Assembly: GCA_048882485.1 (NCBI GenBank) | Contig: JBHLRP010000048.1 | Location: 1 to 22,402, forward strand | Source: Candidatus Thorarchaeota archaeon | GTDB taxonomy: Archaea; Asgardarchaeota; Thorarchaeia; Thorarchaeales; Thorarchaeaceae | DNA: 22,402 bases | Reading direction: 5' to 3' | In this document: positions 8,201 through 17,787 of the stretch, piece by piece | Layout: each line of letters opens with the position of its first letter | Numbering within the stretch: the first letter of the stretch is position 1 | The notes under the pieces: generated by a model | The model's database searches: none | Seen by the model: the letters and a program-made list of their open reading frames with translations, nothing else | What the model was told of the DNA's origin: nothing | Program-made: the position numbers and the translations under genes

Positions 8201-9820
8201 ATGCAAGGTAATCCTGCGGGCGATGACCCATTCGGATTCAGATTCGTAAGACCCAGCGGTGAGATCCGCATGGTTGAATTATTAGGGCGCAGGGTTGAAT
8301 ATGAAGGGGATTTTGCAATCCAGATTGCTGTGGCCGATGTCACTGACAGGATTAAGACTGAGAAAGAACTCAGAGAATCTGAGGAGCGATATAGAAAGCT
8401 GGCAGAGGAATCACTCCAAGGACTCGCTATTATTCAAGATGGAAGATATGTCTATGCCAATCCGTCTTTTGCCAGAACCTTAGGGCATAGTGTTGATGAA
8501 ATTCTCAAGTTTACAGCTGACGAAGTCTGGGAGTGCGTTCATCCAGCTGATCGCGCTGAGCTGCGTCGCAGAAACGAGGATATCAGAGCTGGGCGTGCAC
8601 TGGCACCACGTCATAGATTCCGCTATGTCAGAGAAGATGGTGAGATCAGATGGGTGGAGTCTTTTGTGGTGCAGATAGAGTATGAGGGAAGGCCTGCGAT
8701 TCAGGTATTAGACATTGACATAACTGGCCGGATGATGTCTGAGAGGGCACTTCGAGAGAGTGAGGCCAAGTACCGTCAGCTAGTAGAGCAGACAGCTCTT
8801 GGAATCATGATTGTTGAAGGTCTCCCGTTGCGTATTGCATTTGCCAATGATGCTATGGCGAAGATATCTGGATTCACCGTTGAAGAGTTACAGTCATTAT
8901 CTCAGGAACAGATTGAAGGGTTCATTCATCCTGAGGATTTCGAATCTGTCCTTGAAATGATGTCTGCAGCGTTGGGTGGAGAGCCTCTTCTTGATGCTCC
9001 ATTGACAATCCGAGTCATTCGCAGCGATGGAAAGATGGTTTGGGTTGAAGTTCTTGGTGATAGAATCGAGTTCCAGGATCGAATAGCCATTCAAGCAACT
9101 ATAGTTGACATCACAGACCGTGTTATTGCAGGAAGAGAGAAAGATAAGGCTGAGCAAGAACTGAAGACTATGGCAGAAACATCCATGCTGTATTTGGACC
9201 TATTAGGCCATGACATGCGAAACAGGCTTCAAGCAATGCAGATGGCTGTTGAGCTCTTCCAGTTTGATGAGACGAGACCCCACGCGATTTCTGTATTAGA
9301 GCGAGTGTTGGAGCTGATAGATTCTTCTGAGGCTTTGATAGACAAAGCACATGCGACGCGCGGACTTTTGTCAGCACCTATGGAGATTGTATCGCTCCAT
9401 GATGCAGTGAAGGAAACCACGAATATCTTTCGAGCAAAAGAGGAGGATGTCGAAATTGAGGTTGATTGTAGAGCCATGGAAGCGAATGTGGTAGCAGATG
9501 AGTATCTTGGACACCTCCTAACGAATGTGATTGAAAACGCCATCATTCACAATCCAGAAGAAAAGAAACGTGTCTGGGTGACTTTGACGGAAGACCGGGG
9601 TGGCTTCGAGGTTTCTATCGCTGACAACGGCGAAGGCGTACCCGATTCGATGAAGGATGTTCTCTTCGATCAGGAGAGGCGATATGGGGGTCTGGGACTT
9701 CATCAGGCCAAACGGATTCTTGCCAAGTATGGTGGCAAGTTAGAAGTTGCCGATAGAGTCCCAGGAGTCCCCAGCAAGGGTGCCCTCTTCAGACTCTGGT
9801 TCCCGAAGCGAGTATTGTAA
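5228..9820 (+). CDS. Large cytoplasmic sensor histidine kinase with 10 tandem PAS/PAC domains
   Basis: Ten PAS units, each ending in D(I/V)(T/S).R-type helices. Kinase motifs: H-box GHDMRN, N-box NVIENAIIHN, G1 DNGEG, G2 GGLGL. Start moved from 5117 to ATG 5228, which has GGGGTG upstream. Confidence 0.93.
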   Translation: MHEKSWSDEEQYRLLFENLSDGVYRTDVNGIITMCSEIGAELFGYTCEEMLGRNFGNLVHPEDLPVILEAHRESLEKGTTIPGGIEARGIRKDGSVFHFHITNTMLMDDGNPVGYQSLIRNVSERKAAEEALRQNEQRYRNLFNNSPVSMWEEDFTQVKVWMDDLREEGITDFKAYLDENPEAPRYAVSLIRIVDVNSRSVEMYEADSKEQLIANFDALFVDETYPCFTEELLAIWNEGPDRLQFESHATTLKGKHLYTGITWKAPILQGKMDLSRVMVAVSDISHRMAFEEALRSSEEKYRTIVDAMEDMVFVYDMDGNYSQYFAADDRLLAVPPEDFLRKNVKEVLSPELAESFLTCFDKVRSTGEAERLDYMLRIREQILWFSASLTLHEDGESIVAVVRDITARKEVENDLRDSEERFAVFADNIPGPVFIKDEDSNMLYANRYMKETFRVMEVEGLNTLELFSKELADPMIIDDRTALQEGPVQVLQRVPDADGAIHYYQTSKFPIIREGKPTLLGGIALDVTDRIQAEEAILESERKYRRLYETMEDGFVSADMDGKYLEYNAAYQQLSGYSAEELKEKTFWDLTPPEWHEMEKRIYQDQTMVLGYSDIYEKELLRKDGTRIPIELRVTLIRDERGNPIGTWAIVRDISLRKRAEEALREERDTAQRYLDIAGAAIVVVDADGRIHLVNRKGLEILGFESTEVIGKSWFDYFTSKSKAQEEREIFADIIEGSTGPSGKFARALVNKFGEERLVAWEFELLTNDVGNISGMIASGEDITERDRAERALRESEEQYKSTLWAISDAIHVVDTDLRILLANPYLEGWLESLNLSLDLLGKRIDEAFPFLSESIIDEYQTVFQTGEIFTNEERNVLGGREIITETTKIPIIREGKVVQVVTIIRDVTEARLADQALRNSEAKYKQLVEQYTQGVAIVQGPPLKIAFVNAALGRILDVEPEEIMAFTPDEIQGIIHPDDFDEILKRFNGLMQGNPAGDDPFGFRFVRPSGEIRMVELLGRRVEYEGDFAIQIAVADVTDRIKTEKELRESEERYRKLAEESLQGLAIIQDGRYVYANPSFARTLGHSVDEILKFTADEVWECVHPADRAELRRRNEDIRAGRALAPRHRFRYVREDGEIRWVESFVVQIEYEGRPAIQVLDIDITGRMMSERALRESEAKYRQLVEQTALGIMIVEGLPLRIAFANDAMAKISGFTVEELQSLSQEQIEGFIHPEDFESVLEMMSAALGGEPLLDAPLTIRVIRSDGKMVWVEVLGDRIEFQDRIAIQATIVDITDRVIAGREKDKAEQELKTMAETSMLYLDLLGHDMRNRLQAMQMAVELFQFDETRPHAISVLERVLELIDSSEALIDKAHATRGLLSAPMEIVSLHDAVKETTNIFRAKEEDVEIEVDCRAMEANVVADEYLGHLLTNVIENAIIHNPEEKKRVWVTLTEDRGGFEVSIADNGEGVPDSMKDVLFDQERRYGGLGLHQAKRILAKYGGKLEVADRVPGVPSKGALFRLWFPKRVL

Positions 9821-9907
9821 AATCCCTATTACTGATCCGACTCTCATGCTATAGGATCATGGTAGAAGACAGGTGCCAAACAGTCTAGCATACTCACGTA
9901 TTTTTCA

Positions 9908-10762
9908 CTAGTCTTCACCGATATAGTGAACCTTCACGAACCTGTGTCTCTCTGGATGCACTCGTGCCTGTTCTTTACTCATCTCGCGAAGCTCAATGTT
10001 TAGGCTCTTTCTTGCACCGTCTATCCAAAGCTCTCTAGCTGCCCGCGCTGAAATGCTAGCTGCAGCCACAGCAATCTCATCCTCTGCTTGATGGCGTTGC
10101 ACCAACTGGACTTCCTCAAGGTCCATGACCCGACTCAATCGTTCTCTGGTCTTTTCTCGCGCAAACTCATCAACCACAATCTGTATACCAGTCTCAGAAG
10201 AAGGTCCGATTTCATTATAGACATTGAAGACAGCAATAGAATGGGCCCAAGCCAGCAAATCATTCAGGTTCTTGCCTTCGGCATGAAGCTCAGCTAAACG
10301 CGTGTTGAATTTCTCAGGCGATATCAAGACGATGTATCGGGACATGCTATGATCCTTGATTAGGGGATCCAAGTCGATAATCCTCTGCACAGATAGGGCT
10401 TTACTGTCCATCACTCCATGTGCCCTCAAGATTCTGGATTGTTCAGGCGAAACAGCCACTGCTGAAACAACAAGGGGTCCAAGCCACTCACCTTTCCCAG
10501 CCTCGTCTGAACCAATTACGATATCAAACCTGTCGCGATCCTCCATCTCAAGGACTGTATCTTTGAGAAGGGATTCAGCGAGCAATCCTGAGGCTACAAC
10601 CTTTCCACTTGTGTAGCCAATGATGGTCCCACCAGCACACTTTACTCGAAAAGCTTCGTATTGATTGGCTGGCTTCACTTCTGTGACTTGTGAGCTTCTG
10701 AATAGCAAATGATTGAGTTCCTGTAATCGGTCTGATTCAATTTTAACTACAAAGGGGGGCAA
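9908..10762 (-). CDS. rnhC: Ribonuclease HIII-type enzyme (type 2 RNase H with N-terminal TBP-like extension)
   Basis: GSDEAGKGEWLGP, GVMDSK, VVDEF and VAAASISAR motifs. The ~75-aa N-terminal domain (YEAFRVK...IIGYTSGKVV) resembles the RNase HIII N-domain. TTG start with AGGAGG upstream. Confidence 0.8.
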   Translation of the reverse strand: MPPFVVKIESDRLQELNHLLFRSSQVTEVKPANQYEAFRVKCAGGTIIGYTSGKVVASGLLAESLLKDTVLEMEDRDRFDIVIGSDEAGKGEWLGPLVVSAVAVSPEQSRILRAHGVMDSKALSVQRIIDLDPLIKDHSMSRYIVLISPEKFNTRLAELHAEGKNLNDLLAWAHSIAVFNVYNEIGPSSETGIQIVVDEFAREKTRERLSRVMDLEEVQLVQRHQAEDEIAVAAASISARAARELWIDGARKSLNIELREMSKEQARVHPERHRFVKVHYIGED

Positions 10763-10776
10763 AGCTAATCCTCCTG

Positions 10777-11559
10777 CTATTCAAGATGAATAACGTCGCC
10801 TAGAGTCACTACTTCTTTGTCTGTTCCTGTGCTCACAATGAGAGACCCTGTTTCATCGATTCCGTCAGCTACTCCTTCGATAATGCCGGTTTCCTGTTCA
10901 ACTCGAACCCTTTTTCCAAGAGTGTCACAGAGACCATAATACTCGATGAGCATTGGTGCAAAGGATTGAGCTGCCTGGATTGTGATTAATCTTCTATCAA
11001 TCTCGCCGACGATGCGTGATGCAAGATTTTCGCGGGATGTGTTTGAACAAATCTCCTCATAGATTGTCGTCGTACCATTTCTAATCTCTGGAGGAAACTT
11101 CTCACGTTTGACGTTCTGATTTATCCCAACTCCAAGAACGACTCCCTTCACCTTGTCGCCTTCCGTGACCAATTCGCTCAGAATACCTCCAATCTTTCTC
11201 TGGCCAACTAAGATATCATTTGGCCATTTCAGACGTACTGGGATGACCCCCAGCTTCATTATTGCAGTAGCGGAAGCACATCCCATCAGAAGTCCAAGCA
11301 AGGGACTCAATGATTCATTAATCCGCGGCTTTAGTACAATCGACAGATATAGACTCCCCTCGGGAGAAATCCAAACCCGATCATGTCTGCCTCGGCCTTC
11401 TGTCTGTTTATCTGCAACGACAACCAAGCCCTCACCCTCACCTTCTAGCACTCGTTGCTTGGCAACTGCATTCGTGGAGCCCACTTCATCCAGAACAATC
11501 AAACGGGGTGCTAGGATTTTGGTCTCCGCACACCTCAGAATCTCATCCTGGTTTAACAT
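10777..11559 (-). CDS. birA: Biotin--[acetyl-CoA-carboxylase] ligase (class I, no DNA-binding HTH)
   Basis: STN, QTEGRGRHDRVW, KWPND and KIGGIL motifs, plus a C-terminal SH3-like GIDETGSL region. Start placed at ATG 11559 after GGAGGG. Confidence 0.93.
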   Translation of the reverse strand: MLNQDEILRCAETKILAPRLIVLDEVGSTNAVAKQRVLEGEGEGLVVVADKQTEGRGRHDRVWISPEGSLYLSIVLKPRINESLSPLLGLLMGCASATAIMKLGVIPVRLKWPNDILVGQRKIGGILSELVTEGDKVKGVVLGVGINQNVKREKFPPEIRNGTTTIYEEICSNTSRENLASRIVGEIDRRLITIQAAQSFAPMLIEYYGLCDTLGKRVRVEQETGIIEGVADGIDETGSLIVSTGTDKEVVTLGDVIHLE

Positions 11560-11640
11560 CTCTCTGCACCCTCCGGTGAAGGTTTCCGTCCGGAATCTTA
11601 ACCCCAAGCGCTTAAAAATGGGGGTTTTTGGATGCTCCGT

Positions 11641-12480
11641 CTAAAACTCGTCCAGTGTTGTTTGGCAAATTGCCAGCTGAGGAAGCATTCGCTCGAGCTT
11701 TCCTTTCTGCACGGGGCTGATGCGGTTCATCAATTCCATCATCTGCAATGCATTCGTGGGCCCATATCCAAAGAAGTGGTTGTTGAAGAAGGAATAGACA
11801 GTTTCGTTCTCATCAAGAAGATGGCTCAATCGTTCCTTCCAATCCAATAGCTCCTGATGGGAATATCGATAGTTGTACCAAGGTTTGCTCCCATGGCCAT
11901 GGAAACGAACATAGACAAAGTCTGTTGTCACCCTCATGGTTATTGGAAGGCGCGGCTCATCAACAATGACATGTGCAATTTGATAATCCTCAAGTAATCG
12001 CCAGATTCTACTATGTATCCAGCTTTCATGACGAAACTCTATTGCATATCGAAAGCCAGGATCCAGTGCAGAGAAGAATGTTTCAAGGTCTCCAAAGGTG
12101 GAAAGATCCCACGGGGGTAGTTGGATGAGCAAAACGCCTAGCCTTGGACTCATGGGTCGCATCCTATAAAAGAAGTCTGTCAATATCGCACGCGCCTCTG
12201 ACTGCAAGTTCAATCTGTTGTTGTGAGTCACTCGATGTGGAATCTTTGCTGTGAAGTGTTTGGTTTCAGATAGAGTAGCCATCAAATATTGGATTATCGA
12301 CTCTTTGGGAGGCCCATAGAAAGTGCTGTTTATCTCGGCGACATTAAAGTAGGTGAAATATTGCTGAAGCATGGTCCGATTCGAGCTGTAGAATATACCT
12401 TTCCACTCAGGATAGGACCATCCACAGGTTCCAATATGGAGTCCTTTTCTCAGCGAAACTCTGCTCCTCAGTACGCTCAT
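11641..12480 (-). CDS. DUF72 (YecE/UPF0759) TIM-barrel protein
   Basis: IGTCGWSYPEWKGIFY, EINSTFY, QLPP, EFRHESW, YVRFHG and FFNNH motifs. Confidence 0.92.
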   Translation of the reverse strand: MSVLRSRVSLRKGLHIGTCGWSYPEWKGIFYSSNRTMLQQYFTYFNVAEINSTFYGPPKESIIQYLMATLSETKHFTAKIPHRVTHNNRLNLQSEARAILTDFFYRMRPMSPRLGVLLIQLPPWDLSTFGDLETFFSALDPGFRYAIEFRHESWIHSRIWRLLEDYQIAHVIVDEPRLPITMRVTTDFVYVRFHGHGSKPWYNYRYSHQELLDWKERLSHLLDENETVYSFFNNHFFGYGPTNALQMMELMNRISPVQKGKLERMLPQLAICQTTLDEF

Positions 12481-12556
12481 ATAGAAATGTCTTCGCGGGT
12501 ATTGAAAAGCACCCCCAAACTCAATCCTTTTACCTGTTGATTGTGATAGTCACTGG

Positions 12557-13231
12557 ATGTGCGGTCGTTTCAATTTCCTAAGTCACAAGAAAGCTGTTGA
12601 AGAGAGGTATGGAGTCACTGACATTGACTTCGATATTATCCCACGATACAATATTGCACCAAGCCAGAAGATTGCAACAGTGATTCAAGACCCGATGCTC
12701 CGCATGGTTGAGATGCGATGGGGCTACATACCCGTCTGGGCCAAGGATGAGAAGATTGGCTACAAGATGATAAACTCACGTGCTGAGAAAGTAGCTGAAA
12801 GCCGGGTCTTCAAGAGCTCATTCCAGAAGAAGAGATGTCTGATACCCGCTACCGGCTTTTACGAATGGCAAAAGGTTGGAAAGGTCAAGAAGCCCATGCA
12901 TATTCGGTTGGAGTCGAGAGAGATCTTCTCCTTCGCGGGAATATACAGCCGGTGGAAATCTCCTCAAGAAAAGATGGTATTGAGCTGTTCAATCATCACT
13001 ACTACACCCAACAGTCTAGTTGAGCCAATTCATAATCGCATGCCCGTTATCCTACCGAGAGAGAAGGAGGCCACCTGGCTTGACCCTGAGGTGCAGGATG
13101 CTGAGGTCTTGAAAGAGTTGCTCTTGCCCTATGAACCGGAAGGAATGGAGGCATACGAGGTTTCGACCTATGTCAACTCTCCCAGCAATACAGGACCAGT
13201 TTGCACTACGCCAGTTCAGATGCAGTTATGA
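12557..13231 (+). CDS. SRAP/HMCES (YedK-like) abasic-site DNA-protein crosslinking protein
   Basis: N-terminal MCGRF with catalytic Cys2, plus RYNIAPSQ, MRWG, NSRAE, GFYEW and IHNRMPVIL. Confidence 0.95.
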   Translation: MCGRFNFLSHKKAVEERYGVTDIDFDIIPRYNIAPSQKIATVIQDPMLRMVEMRWGYIPVWAKDEKIGYKMINSRAEKVAESRVFKSSFQKKRCLIPATGFYEWQKVGKVKKPMHIRLESREIFSFAGIYSRWKSPQEKMVLSCSIITTTPNSLVEPIHNRMPVILPREKEATWLDPEVQDAEVLKELLLPYEPEGMEAYEVSTYVNSPSNTGPVCTTPVQMQL

Positions 13232-13243
13232 TTCTGGCAGAAA

Positions 13244-14539
13244 TCAGGTGATGTCTAATTCCTCTTCCATTCGTTCTTCGATAACAACTTCAGCCTCTTG
13301 AAGTCTCTTAAGTTCCTCTTCTTTTCCTCTGAAGAAGTAGTAGAACATGAATATGCCGACGATATAGAGTCCCGAAACCAATAGGTAGGGTTCTCTGTAG
13401 AGTCCCGCTGCAAGCATCCAGCCGCCGATGTTAGCAGCTACGCCTCTGGCCAGTGAGTCTCCAGTCCTGACAACTCCCATTGCTGTTGCTCGCTCTTCCT
13501 TTCTTAGACCTTCCATGAAAAAAGCATTGGAAATAGGTCCGGCCATGTTCATTAGAACGGCTCGCATAACATAAGCTATGACAGCGAAATAGAGTACTGG
13601 TGCCCAAGAAATCATCAGGAGGAAAGGTATCGAAAAGGCCTCTGTCAAGATTATTGTCTTGACCTTTCCAATCTTGTCTGCGAGTGCTGGCGCAGCGAAG
13701 TTACCTACGGACAGTGTTATTGTATTGATTCCAAAGATTATCCCGATGAGAGCTGCATCTGCTTCAAAGACGCTCTCAAAGAAGAGGTTGAAGTACATGA
13801 CGATCATTCCCGCGCCCAGACCAACGGTCGATATTGAGGCCATGTATCCACCAATGAAACGCCAATTCGTGACATTCTGGAATCCCATTCTCATGTCGCA
13901 GTCCCTGGGCGGGTCACTGCTCATCGGAATCAATAGGAGTGTTGACAGAAGCATTGGTCCTAGGCTAAACCATAGAGTAAATCGATATGGCCACAATAGA
14001 TTTGGACCAAGAGCTAGGAACGATTGGAATGCACCTGGTAGGAATCCTCCGAGGATATTTCCCGCAAGGACGGCTAGTAGGGAGGTACCGCCGCTGAATC
14101 CAAAGAGGTGTGCACGTTCTTCTGAAGTAGAAAGATCAGTTATGTATGGTGCCCATGCCACTTGACCAAAAGCGCTTGTGAGGCCGAGAACTACCTGTGA
14201 CATCATTAGAAGGATCGGGTCGACAACAGTGTACTGAACCGCAATCATTCCCAACCCGAGAATACTCTGGCTCAGAACAATACGTTTCCTGCTACTCCTG
14301 TCAGTCACCATCCCGGCAATAATGGCAATGGTGGCGGTTGCAAACATGGAAACTGAGAGAAAAAGGCCAAGAAAGTCCTCTTCGAAACCAGGAATCGTAA
14401 CCATGTAGAGATTGAACACAACATTGCTGACACCGAACGCGAAGGCGTTTAGGGCATTGGCTGCAATCCACAGACGAGCATCCTTCTTGAAGAGCCTAAG
14501 CTTGCCCATGTATCCTAGCTTCGCATCTTGGGTCAACAA
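13244..14539 (-). CDS. MFS transporter
   Basis: About 12 hydrophobic segments. Motif A-like GMVTDRSSRKR and LADKIGKVK. TTG start. Confidence 0.9.
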   Translation of the reverse strand: MLTQDAKLGYMGKLRLFKKDARLWIAANALNAFAFGVSNVVFNLYMVTIPGFEEDFLGLFLSVSMFATATIAIIAGMVTDRSSRKRIVLSQSILGLGMIAVQYTVVDPILLMMSQVVLGLTSAFGQVAWAPYITDLSTSEERAHLFGFSGGTSLLAVLAGNILGGFLPGAFQSFLALGPNLLWPYRFTLWFSLGPMLLSTLLLIPMSSDPPRDCDMRMGFQNVTNWRFIGGYMASISTVGLGAGMIVMYFNLFFESVFEADAALIGIIFGINTITLSVGNFAAPALADKIGKVKTIILTEAFSIPFLLMISWAPVLYFAVIAYVMRAVLMNMAGPISNAFFMEGLRKEERATAMGVVRTGDSLARGVAANIGGWMLAAGLYREPYLLVSGLYIVGIFMFYYFFRGKEEELKRLQEAEVVIEERMEEELDIT

Positions 14540-14651
14540 TGTTCATTCCTGAGAATCCAATCAATTCTGATGGCCTGAATACTCCCTTTATTCATTGTGC
14601 ATGAAGCATGTACCGGAAGGCTAAAACTCGGCATATATCACATGAGAAACT

Positions 14652-15692
14652 ATGAAAACCATTGACCTCCGAAGTGACACTGTCACAAAACCAACCGATG
14701 AGATGATAGAAGCCATCGTTAGGGCCCATAAAGAAGACAGATTCGGCGATGATGTGATTGGTGAGGACGAGGTCGTCCACGAGCTGCAAGACAAAGCAGC
14801 CAAGATTCTTGGAAAAGAGGCAGCACTTCTCGTCACATCAGGAACTCAAGGAAACCTCATCTCTCTATTTGCACAGACAAAAAGAGGCGACGAGATCGTT
14901 GTAGAGAGTAATTCTCACACTTTCCTCTTTGAGGGTGGGGCAATGTCATCAATGGGAGGTCTATACCCAAAGCCAGTGGAGGGAATCAGGGGATACATAA
15001 CCCCAGAAACTCTTGAGACTGTAATAAGCCCGGATGATGCTCATTATGCCAGAACATCAATGGTCGTAATTGAGAACACCCACAATTACGCCGGAGGGGC
15101 AGTAATTACACATGAGCAAGTAAAAGCACTTACAGAAAAGGCTAGAGAGTATGAACTGAAAGTGCACTGTGATGGAGCGCGTCTTTTCAACGCATCAGTA
15201 GCTCTTGGAGTTCCTGCACACAGACTTGTAGAAGATTGCGACTCTGTTCAGATATGTTTGAGTAAGGGACTCTCCGCTCCGATTGGGTCCATTATTGCTG
15301 GGACTAGGGAGTTCATCCATGAAGGTCATAGGACTAGAAAGAAGCTGGGGGGAGGGATGCGCCAGACTGGTGTCATAGCAGCTCCGGGTATTATTGCACT
15401 GGAGAAGATGGTTGATCGTTTAAAGGAAGACCATGCCAATGCTCAGCTACTCTATGAGCGCCTGTCGACAATACCCAATCTTGGTGTGGCAAAACCGGAC
15501 ACCAACATCCTCTTTCTTGAGTTGGACAAACTAGACATCGACACAATGGGCCTTTCACAAGAACTTGCAAAGCACGACATCAAGGTGTACGGAAGATATG
15601 GAAATCGAACAAGAATCGTACTTCACAGGATGATTTCCAAAGAGGACACCATCAGGGTGGCTGAAGCTATTGAGCAGATACTCACGCGTTAA
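14652..15692 (+). CDS. ltaE: Low-specificity L-threonine aldolase (PLP-dependent)
   Basis: DLRSDTVTKPT, SGTQGN, ENTHNYAGG, HCDGARLFN, CLSKGL (PLP lysine) and GGGMRQ motifs. Confidence 0.95.
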   Translation: MKTIDLRSDTVTKPTDEMIEAIVRAHKEDRFGDDVIGEDEVVHELQDKAAKILGKEAALLVTSGTQGNLISLFAQTKRGDEIVVESNSHTFLFEGGAMSSMGGLYPKPVEGIRGYITPETLETVISPDDAHYARTSMVVIENTHNYAGGAVITHEQVKALTEKAREYELKVHCDGARLFNASVALGVPAHRLVEDCDSVQICLSKGLSAPIGSIIAGTREFIHEGHRTRKKLGGGMRQTGVIAAPGIIALEKMVDRLKEDHANAQLLYERLSTIPNLGVAKPDTNILFLELDKLDIDTMGLSQELAKHDIKVYGRYGNRTRIVLHRMISKEDTIRVAEAIEQILTR

Positions 15693-16096
15693 TCCTGCTT
15701 CTGGCAGAGTTCTATAAGTACGCCACCGGTAGACTTGGGGTGCACGAATGCAATTCTCATATCGTGAGCTCCAAGACGGGCCTCGTGGTCTATGAGGCGA
15801 GCGCCATTCTCCTCATGTTGTTTTAGGGCCACTTCAATATCATCAACTCTTACTGCTATGTGATGTATGCCTGGGCCGCGTTTGGCAAGAAAGTTGGCTA
15901 TGGGACTATCTTCAGCGGTTGGCTCGAGAAGCTCAATGCTGCTCTCTCCAATACCAAAGAAGGCGACCCGCACCTTCTGTTCTTCAATGACTTCTTCGCC
16001 TCCATACTCGAGACCTAATCCATTCTTGTAGTAGGGCAACATCTTCTCAATGCTCTCAACTGCAATACCAATATGCTCAATCTTCTCAACTGCCAT
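15689..16096 (-). CDS. mce: Methylmalonyl-CoA epimerase
   Basis: VOC fold with HIGIAV, IELLEP, GIHHIA and FVHPKSTGGVLIEL. Adjacent to the mutase gene. Confidence 0.95.
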   Translation of the reverse strand: MAVEKIEHIGIAVESIEKMLPYYKNGLGLEYGGEEVIEEQKVRVAFFGIGESSIELLEPTAEDSPIANFLAKRGPGIHHIAVRVDDIEVALKQHEENGARLIDHEARLGAHDMRIAFVHPKSTGGVLIELCQKQD

Positions 16097-16106
16097 TTCT
16101 CATCAC

Positions 16107-17777
16107 CTACAGAATATCTGGTGCCTTGTACTCACCAAATACATCACGCAGCACGCTGCATATCTCGCCTAGTGTGGCATACACCTTGACTGCATCAAGA
16201 ATCAGCGGGACCAAATTAGTATCACCCTCGGCCCCTTCCCTCAATGCATCAAGTGACGCCTGAACCTTTGATGCATCGCGCTTACTTCGAACCTCATTCA
16301 ATTGTGCGACTTGTTTCAGCTCGGCCTCTGGGTTGACGCGGAGGTAGTCGAATTGCTGCTCCTCTTCAACAGCGAACTCATTGACTCCAACAACTACTCT
16401 CTCCCCTGAGTCAATGCCTCGTTGGTATTTGTAGGCGCTATTGTGAATTTCGCGCTGAATGAATCCCTGCTCAATTGCTACTGGAGCACCGCCCATCTCA
16501 TCTATCTGGTTGATGTACTCAATGGCCCGATTCTCAATTTCCTTCGTCAAAGCCTCCACAAAGTATGACCCTGCCATTGGATCAATCGTATCACCTACTG
16601 CAGTTTCGTGTGCAATGATTTGCTGAGTCCTGAGGGCGATTTGGACTGACTCCTCAGTTGGGAGTGATAGTGCCTCATCTCTAGAATTGGTGTGCAGGGA
16701 TTGTGTGCCTCCGAGGACGGCTTGAAGTGCTTGAAGGGTAACGCGGACTACATTGTTATCAGGCTGTTGTGCTGTGAGTGTATAGCCTGCGGTCTGAGTA
16801 TGAAATCTCATTCTTGATGACTTCTCATCTTTCGCTCTGAATCGTTCCTTCATGATCTTGGCCCAGAGTCTGCGGGCAGCTCTGAACTTCGCAATTTCCT
16901 CGAAGAATTCACTTGCTGAGCCAAAGAAGAATGAAAGCCGAGAGGCAAAGGAATCGACATCCAAGCCTGCTTTGATTGCTGCATCCACGTAAGCAATGCC
17001 ATTTGCTAGAGTAAAGGCAACCTCTTGCACAGCAGTAGAGCCAGCCTCCCGAATGTGATACCCGGAAATGCTGATAGTATTGAAAAGCGGCATGTTCTCA
17101 GAACAGAACTTGAATGTGTCAGTGATCAATCGCATCGAGGGTTTGGGTGGAAAGATGTACGTGCCACGGGCGGCGTACTCCTTCAACACATCGTTTTGAA
17201 TTGTGCCTCTAAGCTTGTCCATGGATACTCCCTGCTTCTCACCGACAGCGATGTACATGGCAAGCAAGACTGCAGCGGGCGAATTGATTGTCATTGACGT
17301 GCTGACCTTATCGAGAGGGATTTCATCAAAAAGCACCTCCATATCAGCTAGTGAGTCAATTGCGACTCCAACCTTGCCAACTTCTCCTCTGGCTAGCTCA
17401 TGATCTGAGTCGTATCCGATTTGCGTAGGGAGGTCAAAGGCAATCGAGAGGCCAGTCTGACCTTGCTCTAGAAGGAAGCGGAATCGCTCGTTGGTTTCTT
17501 TCGCAATAGCAAATCCGCTATACTGTCGCATGGTCCAGAACCTACCGCGGTATGAAGTTGGCTGAACCCCGCGAGTGAACGGATACTCACCGGGAAATCC
17601 CAGTTCCTCTAGATAGTCGATTGACTCAGTGTCCAATGGCGTATAGATTCTCTTCACAGGGATTCCAGAAACAGTTTTGAATTCCTCCTTACGTTCAGGG
17701 AATCTTCTCACAGTCTTGTCAACAATGGTTTCCTTCCACCGCTTCAGCGCATGGGGAAGTTCTTCCTTCTCTCCCAT
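16107..17777 (-). CDS. Methylmalonyl-CoA mutase, large (substrate-binding) subunit
   Basis: [14 protein letters not shown] (Tyr specificity residue), [12 protein letters not shown] (Arg), [11 protein letters not shown] and [11 protein letters not shown]. No B12-binding domain is fused. Confidence 0.95.
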   Translation of the reverse strand: MGEKEELPHALKRWKETIVDKTVRRFPERKEEFKTVSGIPVKRIYTPLDTESIDYLEELGFPGEYPFTRGVQPTSYRGRFWTMRQYSGFAIAKETNERFRFLLEQGQTGLSIAFDLPTQIGYDSDHELARGEVGKVGVAIDSLADMEVLFDEIPLDKVSTSMTINSPAAVLLAMYIAVGEKQGVSMDKLRGTIQNDVLKEYAARGTYIFPPKPSMRLITDTFKFCSENMPLFNTISISGYHIREAGSTAVQEVAFTLANGIAYVDAAIKAGLDVDSFASRLSFFFGSASEFFEEIAKFRAARRLWAKIMKERFRAKDEKSSRMRFHTQTAGYTLTAQQPDNNVVRVTLQALQAVLGGTQSLHTNSRDEALSLPTEESVQIALRTQQIIAHETAVGDTIDPMAGSYFVEALTKEIENRAIEYINQIDEMGGAPVAIEQGFIQREIHNSAYKYQRGIDSGERVVVGVNEFAVEEEQQFDYLRVNPEAELKQVAQLNEVRSKRDASKVQASLDALREGAEGDTNLVPLILDAVKVYATLGEICSVLRDVFGEYKAPDIL

Positions 17778-17787
17778 GATAGAACAC

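Noticed and set aside
9826-9865. Hairpin TGATCC/GGATCA between convergent genes
   Set aside because: It is short and has no adjacent T tract. Archaeal termination does not require hairpins, so support is insufficient.
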